A stretch of 64,000 nt of DNA from Anaeramoeba ignava BMAN (GCA_028826165.1 JAPDFW010000053.1:62001-126000), one strand, 5' to 3'; counted from the first letter of the stretch, positions 39,301 through 52,209 are shown. The notes: generated by a model from the sequence alone, not told the origin. Numbers and translations: made by a program.

Positions 39301-42300
39301 ATTGTTTCAACTTTACGTTCAATACAAATTCAAACACAACAATTTTTCAATAATCTCTTTTATTTAATTTCAGTCTTAAACGGAATACTTTTAAATTTAA
39401 AAAACCAAGAATTAAACTCTTTAAAACCGGAAAAACAACCCATACATATGTTTCAAACACAATTCTTAAGAAAAAAAACAAAATCAAAATCAAAGAAAAA
39501 ACAAAAGGAAAATACTTTTTTTATTGAGGATCAAATTGGAATTAATTTAATTGAAAAAGAAATTATTCAGAATTTAATCCTTTTATTGGAAAAATTTGAA
39601 TTTTTCAAACAAGCATCAATCATTTTTAAAAACAAAGAAGAAAAAAAAACCATTTTCAAAATGATTACTTTCATGATTCTTTTCACAATCCAAAAATCAA
39701 GTTACCGAACAACCAATTTTTTAATTGCCAAAATGAATGGAATTATGAATCCGAATTTTTATTCCAAAATCTTTTCAACTCAAAATTCAAAAGAATTTCT
39801 TAAAATTTGCTTCTCTTTTTTATTTTATCATCTCCAAAACGGAAATCAAAATGGAAACGAAAAGAAAAACAAAACAAAAAGTAGTTATTTCATAATATAC
39901 TTGCAAATTATGATGCAAGATCATTACAATTTCCTATTTGATTTATTTTCAAGTCAAAACAAAAAACAAAATCTATTCATTAATAAACCACAAAAATCTT
40001 TCATTTTCACAAGTCAAGATATTGAAAAATTTGAAATGGAAATCACAAAAGAAGAATGGAAAAAATCAATAAATAATGTTTGCTCTCCAATAATCCAGAA
40101 TGTTTTAGAAGAAATTCAAGAAAATCAAATGGAATTTATTAAAATTCAATCAAATAACATTTTTTATCTGAAAAACAAAATTGAACAAAAAGAAAACGAA
40201 ATTGGAGTCATTTTAAATAATATTGGAAACGAAATCCAAAGCTTTATTTCCAATGAAAAAGAAAAAATATTCAGAAAAAAAATCAGTAATCAAAAAAATT
40301 TGAAGTATTTGCAAAAATTCAAAAAAATGATTGAAAATTCAATTCTAGGAAAATATCCATGGAGTTCAAATGAAATTTCCATTTTGGATTACGATTTCGA
40401 AAAACAAAATTTTTACATTCAACTTTCAGAAATTGAGGATCGAATGAGAAGACAAAAAAAATTGAAATTTTATCCTCAAGAAAACCAAAACCAAAATATC
40501 AATCAATTTAATAAAATCAACCTGATAAAATTGAAAAATAGTTTGAAAAGTAAAATATCCCAAATTACTCACAAACTATCTCAAAAAAATGCAAATGAAA
40601 AAACTAAAAGTAAAAATGATTATTCCTTTTCCAAAAATTGTGGAATCATTTCAAAAACCCAAATTGTCAAAGGAATATTCCAAATTTCAAAAAATTCAAT
40701 CAATTTTTTTGATGGGAATATAAATGTAAATTTGAATAAAAATACCCAAAAAGAAAAAGATTATTCATGGAAAATTGAAGAAATCAAATCTGTTCATAAA
40801 AGGAGATATCTTTTCAATCATTCAGCATTAGAAATATTTTTTGAAAATAGAAAATCAAGATTTTTCAATTTTGAATCAATAGAAGAAAGAAATGAAGTTT
40901 ATGAAAAAATCCAGAAACACCAATTAATATCCATTCATCAAACAAAATACAATTATCCAGGAGACGATCCAATAAAATGGATTGAAAAAACTCATATGGT
41001 GGAAAAATGGCAACAAAGAAAAATAACAAATTTTGAGTATATTATGTATTTAAACACAATATCAGGAAGAACATACCAAGACCTTTCGCAATACCCTATT
41101 TTCCCTTGGGTTATTGCAGATTATGAGTCTTTTTTATTAGATCTTAACAATCCCCAAACATTTAGAGATTTATCAAAACCTATTGGGAAATTAAATTCCA
41201 AAATGGGAACTTTTTCTCTTGAAAAAGAAAAGTTTCAACGAAAAGGAAAAAAAATGGTGCTTGAAAAATATTATTCAAATCCAGAGTTAGTTTCATCTTA
41301 TTTGATCAGATTGGAACCATTTACATCAATTTGTGCTAAAGAAAAATATCGCGCTTTCAAATCAATTCCCATAAGATGGAAAATGATCAATCAGTCAAAT
41401 AATGATTACAATTTTATTGGGGAACTTATCCCAGAATTTTTCCATTTACCCGATTTCTTAAGAAGACCCGAAATATTTAGACATGGGAAATATTTAACAG
41501 AAATTGAAGATGTTGAACTTCCAAATTGGGCTAAAACAGCAGAAAAATTTGTTCAATTAAATAAAGAAGCACTTGAATCAGAATATGTTTCGCAACATCT
41601 TGATCAATGGATTGATTTGATATTTGGATACAAACAAAAAGGAAAAGCAGCTATGAAATCAAATAATTCATTTCCTCCAAATTTATACGAAGAAAAGATT
41701 GATTTTTCAAATTTGGAAGATGCAGAAAAAACAAAAAAAGAAATACAAGCAAAAGGACAAGTCCCAATTCAATTATTTACAAAGAAACACCCAAAACGGT
41801 TTCCGAAAGAGCAAATACAACGAAAGATTGTTTTGTTTGAATGGAAAAACATTTTAAAATCAAAATCTTTTCATTCAACAAATTTCCAAATTAGTTCAAA
41901 TCCCATAATATTTATAGCTCCTCAAAAAATTTCACAAGAAAATACTTTAAAACAATTTTCCAATCAAATTATTGCAGTGGATAAAGAAAGGATAATTGGG
42001 AAACATGGCTGGAATTTTCTCATCAAACCAAACAAACATAAATTTTTCAATTTTTATTTTGACGAGAATTTAGAAAAAGCGCCCAAAATGGGGATTTCAT
42101 TTTCAAAAGATTTCAATAATTTCCAAGAATGTGTGGCAGTTGATAAAAGTTCCAAATATTTGATTTTTTGTGGATTTTGTGATAATACATTCAAAATATT
42201 TGAACTGGCAAACTACAAAATGGTTCAGAGTATTTCCAAACATAAAGATGTTGTGGATTGCTTAGCGATGGAATGGAAATATATTGTTACAGGCTCAAAA

Positions 42301-42864
42301 GATACAACAGTGATTGTTTGGGAAATTGATTTAAAGGAAGGGAAAGTGAAGCAACCAAAACATATTTTTTTTGAACATGAAAAAGAAATAAAAAGTGTTG
42401 CGATATCAATCCAATATGATATTATTTTAAGTGGGTCTATTGATGGGAAATTGATATTCCATTCGCTAAACAAAGGAAAGCATATTCAAACAATAATTAT
42501 ATCAGACAAAGAACCAATTTCAATTATCAAAATATCAAAAGAAGGAGATATTCTCACATTTTCAGAAAATTCCAAGAAATTAAGATTGTTTACAATTAAT
42601 GGTTATCTGATTAGAGAACATAGTTGCTCGCAAAATATATATTCCATTTCCATTACTCAAGATTCAAATTTCTTATTTTTGGGAGGAGAACAAGGAATTC
42701 TTGAAACTAGAAAATTATTCAATCTGAAATCAATCCAAAAATTTAATTTAAAAGAAACAATTTATTCAATCTCAATTATTGAAAAAAAATTTTCATTTTT
42801 AATTATTGGATTAGGAAATGGAGAACTGAAAATTGGATATTTTCATCAAATCAAAGAAAATTAA
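33327..42864 (+). CDS. Large BEACH-domain protein (ConA/LamG-like, PH, BEACH, WD40; neurobeachin/Lvs family), multi-exon 5' end
   Basis: FSFCCWIRIE, KRRYLFNHSALEIF, KWQQRKITNFEYIMYLNTISGRTYQDLSQYPIFPWV, ELIPEFF, EALESEYVSQHLDQWIDLIFGYKQKG, WD40 VTGSKDTTVIVW. ATG 33327; about 5 short introns before the 7.4-kb last exon. Confidence 0.9.
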
Positions 42865-42905
42865 AAATTTATTTAAAAAATCAAAATAAAAAAAAAAATG
42901 TTCAT

Positions 42906-44982
42906 CTAGTTTGAATTTTCTAAATTCATTTCTTCATAATTGCTTGAATAATTATTAATTATTTGCTTTGCAATTTGACTCACATAATAATTCATATGAT
43001 TTTGAAGTTTTTCAATAATTTCAATCCCACCAACTTCTTCAAGAAAATCAACACAAGTATTTGAAATACCATTTTCAAAAGCAATTTTTTCACTAATTTC
43101 AAGTAATTTTCTAAAAATTTCCAAAATGGAATAAATTGATTCTGTATCATCAACAGAAATTAATTTAATAAGTAAACCAATAAAAGAATCTGTAATAAAC
43201 AATCTAAATAAAATGAATTAAATATTTCAAATTAAAAAAAAAAAATTTTCTCTTTTAATTTTCTTTTCTTTTTACTGGGATTGTTGTTGATTTGATTGAT
43301 TTATGATTCCATAAAAAATAGAAAGAGTTTCTTTTTGTAATTCAAAAGTTTCATTTTCCAACATTTTTAATATACTTGAAACAATATCATTTTCAAATAA
43401 TTTTTGGATATTTTGTTGATTTTGATTTGCCAAAGTTGATATTGTTAAACAAGTCTTTTTTTTGATATCTTGATCAGAATGAAATAAAAGTTGATTGAGA
43501 TTTTTTAAAAGATCTGATTCAAATAAAGAATCAATTTGGGTTTGATTTCCTTTAAGTAAATTATCGATAATTTGCAAACATTGATAAATAATTTCATTTG
43601 GACTTTCTCTTTAAAATTTTTTTTGAAGAAAAAAGAAACAATTTTTTGTTAATTCTTTTTTCTTTTTCTTTTTCTTTTTCTTTTTTACTTCAATAATCGA
43701 ATTATTTGAGAAGGAATATTTTCTTCAAAAAGAAGATTAATTTGATCTTTTTCAGATGAAATTATTAAAATACATGAACAAGTATAAAATAAAGTTTTTT
43801 TATCATTGAAATATAAAAGGCTTTCAAAATAAAGAAAGTAAGGTTTGAAAAAATTTAAATTTGGAATTGGATTTCCTCTTAAAAGATTAGATAACATCCA
43901 ACTTGCTGTTTGGATATCATTGACTAAACCATTAGATTCTTCAATCATTTGAATTACAATTTGGGTTATACCTTTTTGAAGAATAAGATCTCTTAAATTA
44001 ATTGAATCAGCAACAATATTTCCAATAATCCAAAAGCACTTAAAATATATTTTATATTTATATTTATCAAACAATAAAAGAATCAAATTGATTTTTGAAT
44101 TTTTGAATTTTTGAATTTAATTTTTGAATTTTTGAATTTAATTTTTTGAATTTAATTTTTGAATTTAATTTTTTGAATTTTTGAATTGAATTTTTGAATT
44201 TTTGAATTTTTGAATTTTTGAATTTTTGAATTTTTGAATTTAATTTTTTGAATTTTTGAATTTTTGAATTTACTTGTTCTCTTGATTCTCCTGAATGATT
44301 TGATATAAATTCAAATAAAACTTCAATTCCATTTTCTTTGATTATTGAATTTGTTTGTTCTGATGTTCCACTTGAAATATTTATAAGACACCAAATTACT
44401 TCCAACTTCAAGAAAGAAAGAAAACAATTTTTTTTTTGATTTAATTTGATTTTAGATTAAAAGTGTATTGATTTAAATAATTTTTCTTTTTTATACTTTA
44501 ATTTGTTCATCAAAATTTTCTTTTAAAATTGAAAGGAAAATTGGAATTAAATTTAATTCAATAACTTCATTTATTGGAGGAAAAGGAGAAGATAATAATT
44601 TTCTAATTTGTGTAATATGAGTTTTAATATTTTCTTTTTGAAGAATTTTAATTTGTTCTGAAAGAATCATAAGATCATTTTTCTTTATATTTATATTTTT
44701 GAAATTAATTTATATTATAAAATGATATTTTAAAATTGATATTTTGATTTTCACTTTTTTTCCTTCAATTCCTTGATTCATTTCAAAATAAAGTCTTGAA
44801 AAAGGTTCAGCTTCCATTTCATTAAAATTTTTAACTTTTCTTCTTTTCATTAAATCTTTTTCTTTCTTTTTTTTACTTAAAGAAATAGTTAATTCAAGTC
44901 TTTTTTGTTTCATTTGACTTGAATTAATTTTTGGTTTAAAACTTTCTCTTCTTTCTTTTAATTTTAAATCCCAAACATTCAT
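42906..44982 (-). CDS. Importin-alpha (divergent), about 6 exons
   Basis: IBB-like ERRESFK…KRLELTISLSKKKKEKDLMKRR, QIRKLLS…PPINEVI, VIWCLINISSGTSEQT, WIIGNIVADS, WMLSNLLRGNP, EEVGGIEIIEKLQNH. Confidence 0.9.
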
Positions 44983-45098
44983 TTGTATATTTTTATATAT
45001 TTATTTTTTTATATATTTTTATATTTTATACAAAAATAAAAAGAAAAAAATGAAAAAAATTTTTTCATTTTTTTTTGTTAATAAAAAAAAATTATTGA

Positions 45099-46991
45099 AT
45101 GAATTTATTGTTTAATAAAGAAAATTATTCAAATGAAGATTTTATTGAAAAAGTTTCACTTATATTTCGATATCAATGTTTTATTGAACCTTCTTTGATC
45201 AAAATTGATTCAATTAAAGAATTTGGAGATATTTTTATATGGATTCAAGATTTTTTATTTAATGAAGAAAAATTCAATTCATTAGAATTTTCAATTTCAA
45301 ATTTACCCAATTCAACAGTGTTAAATCAACCCAAAAACCAAGATTTTGAACAGTTATATCTTACATGTGAACTAGCTATAGATGAATTACTTAAAAGCAA
45401 TAATTCAAAATCATTGCATTATATTCAAAATCCAAATTATTTAGTTAGTTTTTTTACATCCTTGAAATCATATATTAAGACAAAAATAAGAATTATCAGG
45501 CTTTTTCAGTCTTTTTCAAGCGGAGATTTTTGGCCTCCTAATTATGCAGAAGTTAGAGATTTGACCAAAGATCTTCTAAAGGATATTTACAAAGACAATA
45601 TTTCACCAATTACTGATTCAATCATGAAAAAATGGATTCTTCAACTTTCTTTAATTAAACAACTTTTTACTACTCAATTGAATTTTATTCGTTTGGATTA
45701 TTTTGATTCTCTTTTTTCACTTCAAAAATGTCGGTTTTTATTGAGTGATTCCAAGAAATTTTGTTTTGATATTCAAAGTGTAATTTTGAATAATGATTCA
45801 AGAAAATTCAAATTCAAATCAAGATTTTCTGATTGGTTATCATCATACTATTTCCATCTTCTTGATAAATTCATGATATTTTTTTTCTATTCAACACAGA
45901 AAGAATTCTCTATTTTGGAGAATGCAAATCAATTTAATTTCGAAACTCCTCAGAAATCAAGTGAGAAGAATGAAAATATTTTCACAAAAACAAAAATCAC
46001 AAGTTCATCCAAAAAGAAAAATCCTTTTATTGATATTTATCAACTTGGATTTTGTGAAATTGATTTCCAAAAACTTCGTCTTTTCAATCCAAAAAGCATT
46101 CTTTATTCAATTGATCAATTTATTAAGAAAACACGAGGTTTTTTCATTTGTTTAGTTGTGAATGAGAAAATTCAAAGCAAACCATGTGCAAATCAAATAC
46201 AGAATTGTTATTCAAATTTATTTGGAGGATATGATTGTTTAACGAATAAAGAAATTGAACTTAAAGTGAATTTAAAAAATTTAGAAAATTTAGAGAATTT
46301 AGAAAATTTATCAAAGCAAAAATTATCAAGAAATAATTTATCAAAAGAGAAACTGAATTACAAATCAAATAATTCAAATTCAAAAAATAGTTCAAATTCA
46401 AAAAATAGTTCAAATTCAAAAAATAATTCAAATTCAAAAAATAATTCAAATTCAAAAAATAATTCAAATTCAAAAAATAATTCAAATTCAAAAAATAATT
46501 CAAATTCAAAAAATAATTCAAATTCAAAAAATAATTCAAATTCAAAAAATAATTCAAATTCAAAAAATAATTCAAATGATAACTTGTTGGAAAATGAAAT
46601 GGATTTTGATCTTATAAATGAATATCCTTTTGATAACTATCCAAATATTAATCCTTTAAATCCTAATGAATTTTCTTCTGGATTAAGTCAATGGCCTGCT
46701 ATTTTTTGTTATCCTACAAAAACTCCTCCTTATAATGAATGGCCTAATTTAATTTCTTTGATTCTTGATAACTCAAATGAATTACAAAATTTTTCTCTAA
46801 ATCCTGTTGTTTTTTCTGATAAAAAAGTTCAAAAAACTTATTATCTTCAAAGAATTGAAGAAAATATAACTTTATGTTTTGTGAATAAAACAAAAAAGAA
46901 TAAGTTTATTCAACAATTTGCTGATATTTCAAAACAATTAAGAAGTTTTTATATTTTCCAAGATTTAGTTTCATTTTCTAAAAAGAAATAA
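45099..46991 (+). CDS. KICS2: KICSTOR subunit 2 (C12orf66/DUF2003)-like protein with an internal NNSNSK repeat
   Basis: C-terminal WPAIFCYP…EWPNLISLI…DKKVQKTYYLQRIE resembles KICS2 YPAVVSLP…HWPNVIMIM…DKVQSTYFLTRPE; also LLDKFMIFF and GGYDC; 18-bp repeat at about 46368-46575. Confidence 0.8.
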   Translation: MNLLFNKENYSNEDFIEKVSLIFRYQCFIEPSLIKIDSIKEFGDIFIWIQDFLFNEEKFNSLEFSISNLPNSTVLNQPKNQDFEQLYLTCELAIDELLKSNNSKSLHYIQNPNYLVSFFTSLKSYIKTKIRIIRLFQSFSSGDFWPPNYAEVRDLTKDLLKDIYKDNISPITDSIMKKWILQLSLIKQLFTTQLNFIRLDYFDSLFSLQKCRFLLSDSKKFCFDIQSVILNNDSRKFKFKSRFSDWLSSYYFHLLDKFMIFFFYSTQKEFSILENANQFNFETPQKSSEKNENIFTKTKITSSSKKKNPFIDIYQLGFCEIDFQKLRLFNPKSILYSIDQFIKKTRGFFICLVVNEKIQSKPCANQIQNCYSNLFGGYDCLTNKEIELKVNLKNLENLENLENLSKQKLSRNNLSKEKLNYKSNNSNSKNSSNSKNSSNSKNNSNSKNNSNSKNNSNSKNNSNSKNNSNSKNNSNSKNNSNSKNNSNSKNNSNDNLLENEMDFDLINEYPFDNYPNINPLNPNEFSSGLSQWPAIFCYPTKTPPYNEWPNLISLILDNSNELQNFSLNPVVFSDKKVQKTYYLQRIEENITLCFVNKTKKNKFIQQFADISKQLRSFYIFQDLVSFSKKK

Positions 46992-47347
46992 AAAAGCGAA
47001 AAATTAACTTGTCACAAAAAAAATTTTTTTTTATTTTTCCTTTTTCTTTCTCATTTTAAATTAAAAAATTAAATTTAAATTTTTTTTTCATTTTTTTTTT
47101 TCTCATTTACTTTCCCTTTTTAATTTTTGCCATTTCTTTGTAAATAATAAAAATACAAACTAATTTATTTTCTAATTTATTTACTAATTTATTTTCTTTT
47201 TTATTTTCTAATTTATTTTCTAATTTATTTTCTAATTTATTTTCTTTTTAGACTTGCTTTTAAAAAAAAATCAAAATTAATCCAAAAAAAAAAGAAAAGA
47301 AACGAATTTAAAATTTAATTTAATTTATTTTATTAAAAAAAAGAAAA

Positions 47348-49501
47348 ATGAAGAAAACAATAAAAAATAACTTTTTTGCAATAACAATATCAATAACAAT
47401 TCTATTTATACTTCATTCAACAAAAGAAACATTTCAAGAAATTGAAGAAATGAGTTTCCCAACATCATCAGATGGAGCTTCACAAGCATTTTTATATGAA
47501 GATCACTTTTATGTCACAATTTTATCTGATCCAATTTATTTATTGAAATTTTCAAAAGATAATTTCGATATAGCAGATTTTCTTAATTTAGAATCAGATG
47601 AAGTATGGAGTTCAGTAGTATATAAAGATGCAGTATATTTAGGAACAGATGGAGAACCAGGACATATTATTCAAGTCAATTTGACAACTTTTAAAAAAGG
47701 AATTGATCTTGTAATGGAAGAAAATGAGAATTATCTTGATTCTATTGCTTTTGATGGAAATCATACTGCTTATTTCACAACTGTTACTTCTCCTGCTAAT
47801 GTTATTAAAGTTGATTTGGAAACATTCACAAGAGTTAATGCTACTCAACTCAGAAATTACTCACTTGATCCAGTTGATAGTGAATCAAGTTATGGATGTG
47901 GAATTGATACAGTTAATAAATTTCTTTATGCTTCATCTGATAATGAACCAACAAGAATTTGGAAAGTTGATTTGGAGAATTTTGAGCTTGTTGATACTTT
48001 GGAAATGGAAGCAAATGATATTTATGTTGATGGATTTATTATTGCGAATAAAAAAGAACCTGAAATGACTGATGATTTAATGTATGTCAGCACTTGGACC
48101 TCTCCAATGCAAATTATAATAATTAATCTCACTGATTTTTCCCGAGTTGGTTTAGTTCCTATTTCTTTAACTAATAACCCTGAAGAAAGTTGGAGAGTGT
48201 ATTTTGATAACGAGACTTATAAAGCATATTTTCCAAGTGATAGAGGAATACCACTTATTGTTGTTATTCAAGCAAACACATCAAAATATATTGAAACTTT
48301 GCAATATCCTAATATTTTTGGTGTTGTTGAATCAATGCAGTTGGAACATGCTAATAATACTACTTATGGTTATGCTGGTTTGATGGATAATGGTGGTGTT
48401 GCTCGTCTTAATCTTGATAATCAAAGTGATTTCAAAAATACTTCGCTTCCATCTTTTAATCAAACTACTAATATTGTTATTGATGAAGAAACTCAATTTG
48501 CTTACATTACTTTTTTTCTTAATGCTAATTATAGTTTAATTGTAAATTTTAATTTGAGTGATTTTTCTTTCGCAAGATATCAAAAATACCCAAATGATGA
48601 TCCTGTTATTAGTTCATCTCATCTTGACAAAGAGAATAATTCAACCTATTTTTTAGTTGGAAGTTATAATTTCCAAGTTTATATTCTTTCTTTGATTGAT
48701 GATTCAATTAATCACACAGAAATCTTGTCAAATTCTTCACCAATAACATCAATCTTTGATGAAACCAATCATTTACTTTATTCTGTAATTAAGTTTACTG
48801 AAAATAGTTCATGTTCAATTCTTAAAATCACAACACCTGATTTTGGTATTATTGATAAATTTGATTTTTATGCTAATACATGTGCAACAATTTCAGCATT
48901 TGATAAGGATAGAAATATTGGATATTTTATAGGAAAAGGTTCATCAGGAAAATACAATCTTTTCCAAATTGATTTAACAGATTTATCACTTCTTCGAAGT
49001 TTAGAACTTCATGAATCCGCTGTAACATCAATGGTTTTTGATTCACTTCACAATTCCATTTATTTTGTTGAATACAATATAACAAATCCGAATCGGAATG
49101 AAACTGGAAATTACACCTATTTTGAAAGTTGTCCTCTTTATATTGTTGATCTTAATAAATTCGAAATTTTTGGAAATATTCTTCTTCCAGATATGGGTGT
49201 TGTTATCACTTCTTTTATGGGAATAACAGACAATTATGCTTATTTTGTTAAACATGGTTATGATGTTCATGTTGTTAAATTTGATACTATTTCTTATTCT
49301 ATTTCTAATATCATTTATATTAGTTCTGATGCTGAATTTGCTTTTGCTTCTGCTATTGATAGATCTACTGGTTTTGCTTATATTGGAACTGTCCAAAGTC
49401 CTGGAAGATTTATTAAAATTGAAGTTACTGAAAATTTTTCAATCAAACAAGAATTTTGTGGATTGATAATTTTGATAATGATTTTTTTGATTTTCTTTTA
49501 A
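47348..49501 (+). CDS. Predicted secreted/surface beta-propeller glycoprotein, paralogue 1 (717 aa)
   Basis: N-terminal signal peptide, repeated AYF/LY…IxKVDL blades, many N-x-S/T sites, hydrophobic C-terminus (TM or GPI signal); intronless. Confidence 0.75.
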   Translation: MKKTIKNNFFAITISITILFILHSTKETFQEIEEMSFPTSSDGASQAFLYEDHFYVTILSDPIYLLKFSKDNFDIADFLNLESDEVWSSVVYKDAVYLGTDGEPGHIIQVNLTTFKKGIDLVMEENENYLDSIAFDGNHTAYFTTVTSPANVIKVDLETFTRVNATQLRNYSLDPVDSESSYGCGIDTVNKFLYASSDNEPTRIWKVDLENFELVDTLEMEANDIYVDGFIIANKKEPEMTDDLMYVSTWTSPMQIIIINLTDFSRVGLVPISLTNNPEESWRVYFDNETYKAYFPSDRGIPLIVVIQANTSKYIETLQYPNIFGVVESMQLEHANNTTYGYAGLMDNGGVARLNLDNQSDFKNTSLPSFNQTTNIVIDEETQFAYITFFLNANYSLIVNFNLSDFSFARYQKYPNDDPVISSSHLDKENNSTYFLVGSYNFQVYILSLIDDSINHTEILSNSSPITSIFDETNHLLYSVIKFTENSSCSILKITTPDFGIIDKFDFYANTCATISAFDKDRNIGYFIGKGSSGKYNLFQIDLTDLSLLRSLELHESAVTSMVFDSLHNSIYFVEYNITNPNRNETGNYTYFESCPLYIVDLNKFEIFGNILLPDMGVVITSFMGITDNYAYFVKHGYDVHVVKFDTISYSISNIIYISSDAEFAFASAIDRSTGFAYIGTVQSPGRFIKIEVTENFSIKQEFCGLIILIMIFLIFF

Positions 49502-49959
49502 GAATTCAAAAACAAAAACAAAAAGAAAAAATTGTTTTTTTTTTATTTGCTTTTAAAGAAATTAAAAAGTAAATAAAAAGAAAACAAAATCAAATTTAAG
49601 ATTTAAAAATTTAATTGAAAAAAAAAGTGGAATAAATTGATTAAAAAATTTTTATTAAAAAAAAAGAAAAAGGAGAAAAATCAAAAATTAAAAATTTTTC
49701 TTCCTTTCATTTCTTGACTTGGAAAAAATTAAAAATTAAAAATTAAAAATTAAAAATTAAAATTAAAAAAATACTCAAATCATTTTTTTTTTACTTTGTT
49801 TTTTGTGTGGTTTTTGTTTGTGTCTTTTATTTTCTATTATTTTTATTTGATCAAAAATAAGAAAATTGGTTAAAATGTAAAAAAAAAATTTTGTTTAAAT
49901 AAAAAATCGTTTCATCAAAAAAAAATTAATTGAATTTATTTTATTAAAAAAAAAGAAAA

Positions 49960-52101
49960 ATGAAGAAAACAATAAAAAATAACTTTTTTGCAATAATAAT
50001 ATCAATAACAATTCTATTTATACTTCATTCAACAAAAGAAACATTTCAAGAAGAAAAATCGATATCATTTCCATCAAGATCAGATGGAGTTTCAGAAGTA
50101 TTTTTATATGAAAATTATTTTTTCATGACAACTAACGCAACACCAGTTCATTTATTCAGATTTTCAAAAGATAATTTTGGAGTAGCAGACATTCTTAATT
50201 TAGAATCAAATGAAGTATGGAGTTCAGTAGTATATAAAGATGAAGTATATTTAGGAACAGATGGAGAACCAGGACATATTATTCAAGTCAATTTGACAAC
50301 TTTTAAAAAAGGAATTGATCTGAAAATGGAAGAAAATGAGAATTATCTTGATTCTGTTGCTTTTGATGGAAATCATACTGCTTATTTCACAACTATTTCA
50401 TCTCCTGCTAATGTTATTAAAGTTGATTTGGAAACATTCACAAGAGTTAATGCTATTCAACTCAAAAATTACTCACTTGATCCAGTTGATAGTGAATCAA
50501 GTTATGGATGTGGAATTGATACAGTTAATAATTTTCTTTATGCTTCATCTGATAATGAACCAACAAGAATTTGGAAAGTTGATTTGGAGAATTTTCAACT
50601 TGTTGATACTTTGGAATTGGAAGCAAATGATATTTATGTTGATGGATTTATTATTTTGGATAAAAAAGAGCCTATAATGAATCACAGTTTAATGTATGTC
50701 AGCACTTGGACAAGTCCAATGGAAATTATAATGATTAATCTCACTGATTTTTCCCGAATTGGTTTAGTTCCTATTTATTCAGATCTTGTACCTCAACAAA
50801 GTTGGAGAGTGTTTTTTGATAATGAGACTTATAAAGCATATTTCCCAAGTAATGGAGGAATACCACTTATTGTTGTTATTCAAGCAAACACATCAAAATA
50901 TATTGAAACTTTGCAATATCCTGATAATTTTGGAATTATTCAATCAATGAAATTGGGAAATGATGATAACACTACTTATGGTTATGCTGGTTTGTGGGGT
51001 CCTGCTGGTGCTGCTCGTCTTAATCTTGATAATCAAAGTGATTATAACAGAACTTTAGTTCCCGATTTTAATGTAACTATCGATATTGTTATTGATGAAG
51101 AAACTCATATAGCTTATATTACTTTTGATGTTAGTGATGCTAATTATAGTTTAATTGCAAATTTTGATTTGAATGAGTTTTCTATAAAAAGATATCAACA
51201 AATTCAAAATGATGATCCTTCTATTACTTCAGCTCATCTTGACAAAGATAATAATTCAACCTATTTTTTACTTGGAAGTTATAATTTCCAAGTTTATATT
51301 CTTTCTTTGATTGATGATTCAATTAATCACACAGAAATCTTGCCAAATTCTTCACCAATAACATCAATCTTTGATGAAACCAATCATTTACTTTATTCTG
51401 CAATTCAGTTTACTGTAAATAATTCATGTTCAATTCTTAAAATCACAACACCTGATTTTGGTATTATTGATAAATTTGATTTTGATGCTGGTACATGTGC
51501 AACCAAGTCAGTATTTGATAAGGATAGAAATATTGGATATTTTATAGGAGCAGATTCATCAGGAAAATACAATCTTTTCCAAATTGATTTAACAGATTTA
51601 TCACTTATTCGAAGTTTAGAACTTCATGAATATGAAGTAACAACAATGGTTTTTGATTCACTTCACAATTCTATTTATTTTGTTGAATACATTCCAACTC
51701 GAACCGAATACGAAAAATATTTTGAAACTTGTCCTCTTTATATTGTTGATCTTAATAAATTCGAAATTTTTGGAAGTATTCTTCTTCCAGAAACTAATAT
51801 AATTCTTACTTCTTTTATGGGAATAACAGACAATTATGCTTATTTTCCTACTCATGAAGAAAATCTTCATGTTATTAAATTTGATACTGTTTCTTATTCT
51901 ATTTCTAATATCATTCATATTAATTCTGATTCCCAATTTGCTTTTTCTTCTGCTATTGATAGATCTACTGGTTTTGCTTATATTGGAACTGTTCAAAGTC
52001 CTGCAAGATTTATTGAAATTGAAGTTACTGAAAATTTTTCAATCAAACAAGAATTTTGTGGATTGATAATTTTGATAATGATTTTTTTGATTTTCTTTTA
52101 A
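49960..52101 (+). CDS. Predicted secreted/surface beta-propeller glycoprotein, paralogue 2 (713 aa)
   Basis: Colinear tandem duplicate of 47348-49501 with near-identical termini. Confidence 0.75.
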   Translation: MKKTIKNNFFAIIISITILFILHSTKETFQEEKSISFPSRSDGVSEVFLYENYFFMTTNATPVHLFRFSKDNFGVADILNLESNEVWSSVVYKDEVYLGTDGEPGHIIQVNLTTFKKGIDLKMEENENYLDSVAFDGNHTAYFTTISSPANVIKVDLETFTRVNAIQLKNYSLDPVDSESSYGCGIDTVNNFLYASSDNEPTRIWKVDLENFQLVDTLELEANDIYVDGFIILDKKEPIMNHSLMYVSTWTSPMEIIMINLTDFSRIGLVPIYSDLVPQQSWRVFFDNETYKAYFPSNGGIPLIVVIQANTSKYIETLQYPDNFGIIQSMKLGNDDNTTYGYAGLWGPAGAARLNLDNQSDYNRTLVPDFNVTIDIVIDEETHIAYITFDVSDANYSLIANFDLNEFSIKRYQQIQNDDPSITSAHLDKDNNSTYFLLGSYNFQVYILSLIDDSINHTEILPNSSPITSIFDETNHLLYSAIQFTVNNSCSILKITTPDFGIIDKFDFDAGTCATKSVFDKDRNIGYFIGADSSGKYNLFQIDLTDLSLIRSLELHEYEVTTMVFDSLHNSIYFVEYIPTRTEYEKYFETCPLYIVDLNKFEIFGSILLPETNIILTSFMGITDNYAYFPTHEENLHVIKFDTVSYSISNIIHINSDSQFAFSSAIDRSTGFAYIGTVQSPARFIEIEVTENFSIKQEFCGLIILIMIFLIFF

Positions 52102-52209
52102 GAATTTAAATCAAAATTCAAATAAAAAAAGAAAAATTGGAATTTATTTTTTGGTTAGTTCAAAAAATTTGACAAAAAAAATTTTTTTTTTCTTATTATT
52201 TTCTATTTT

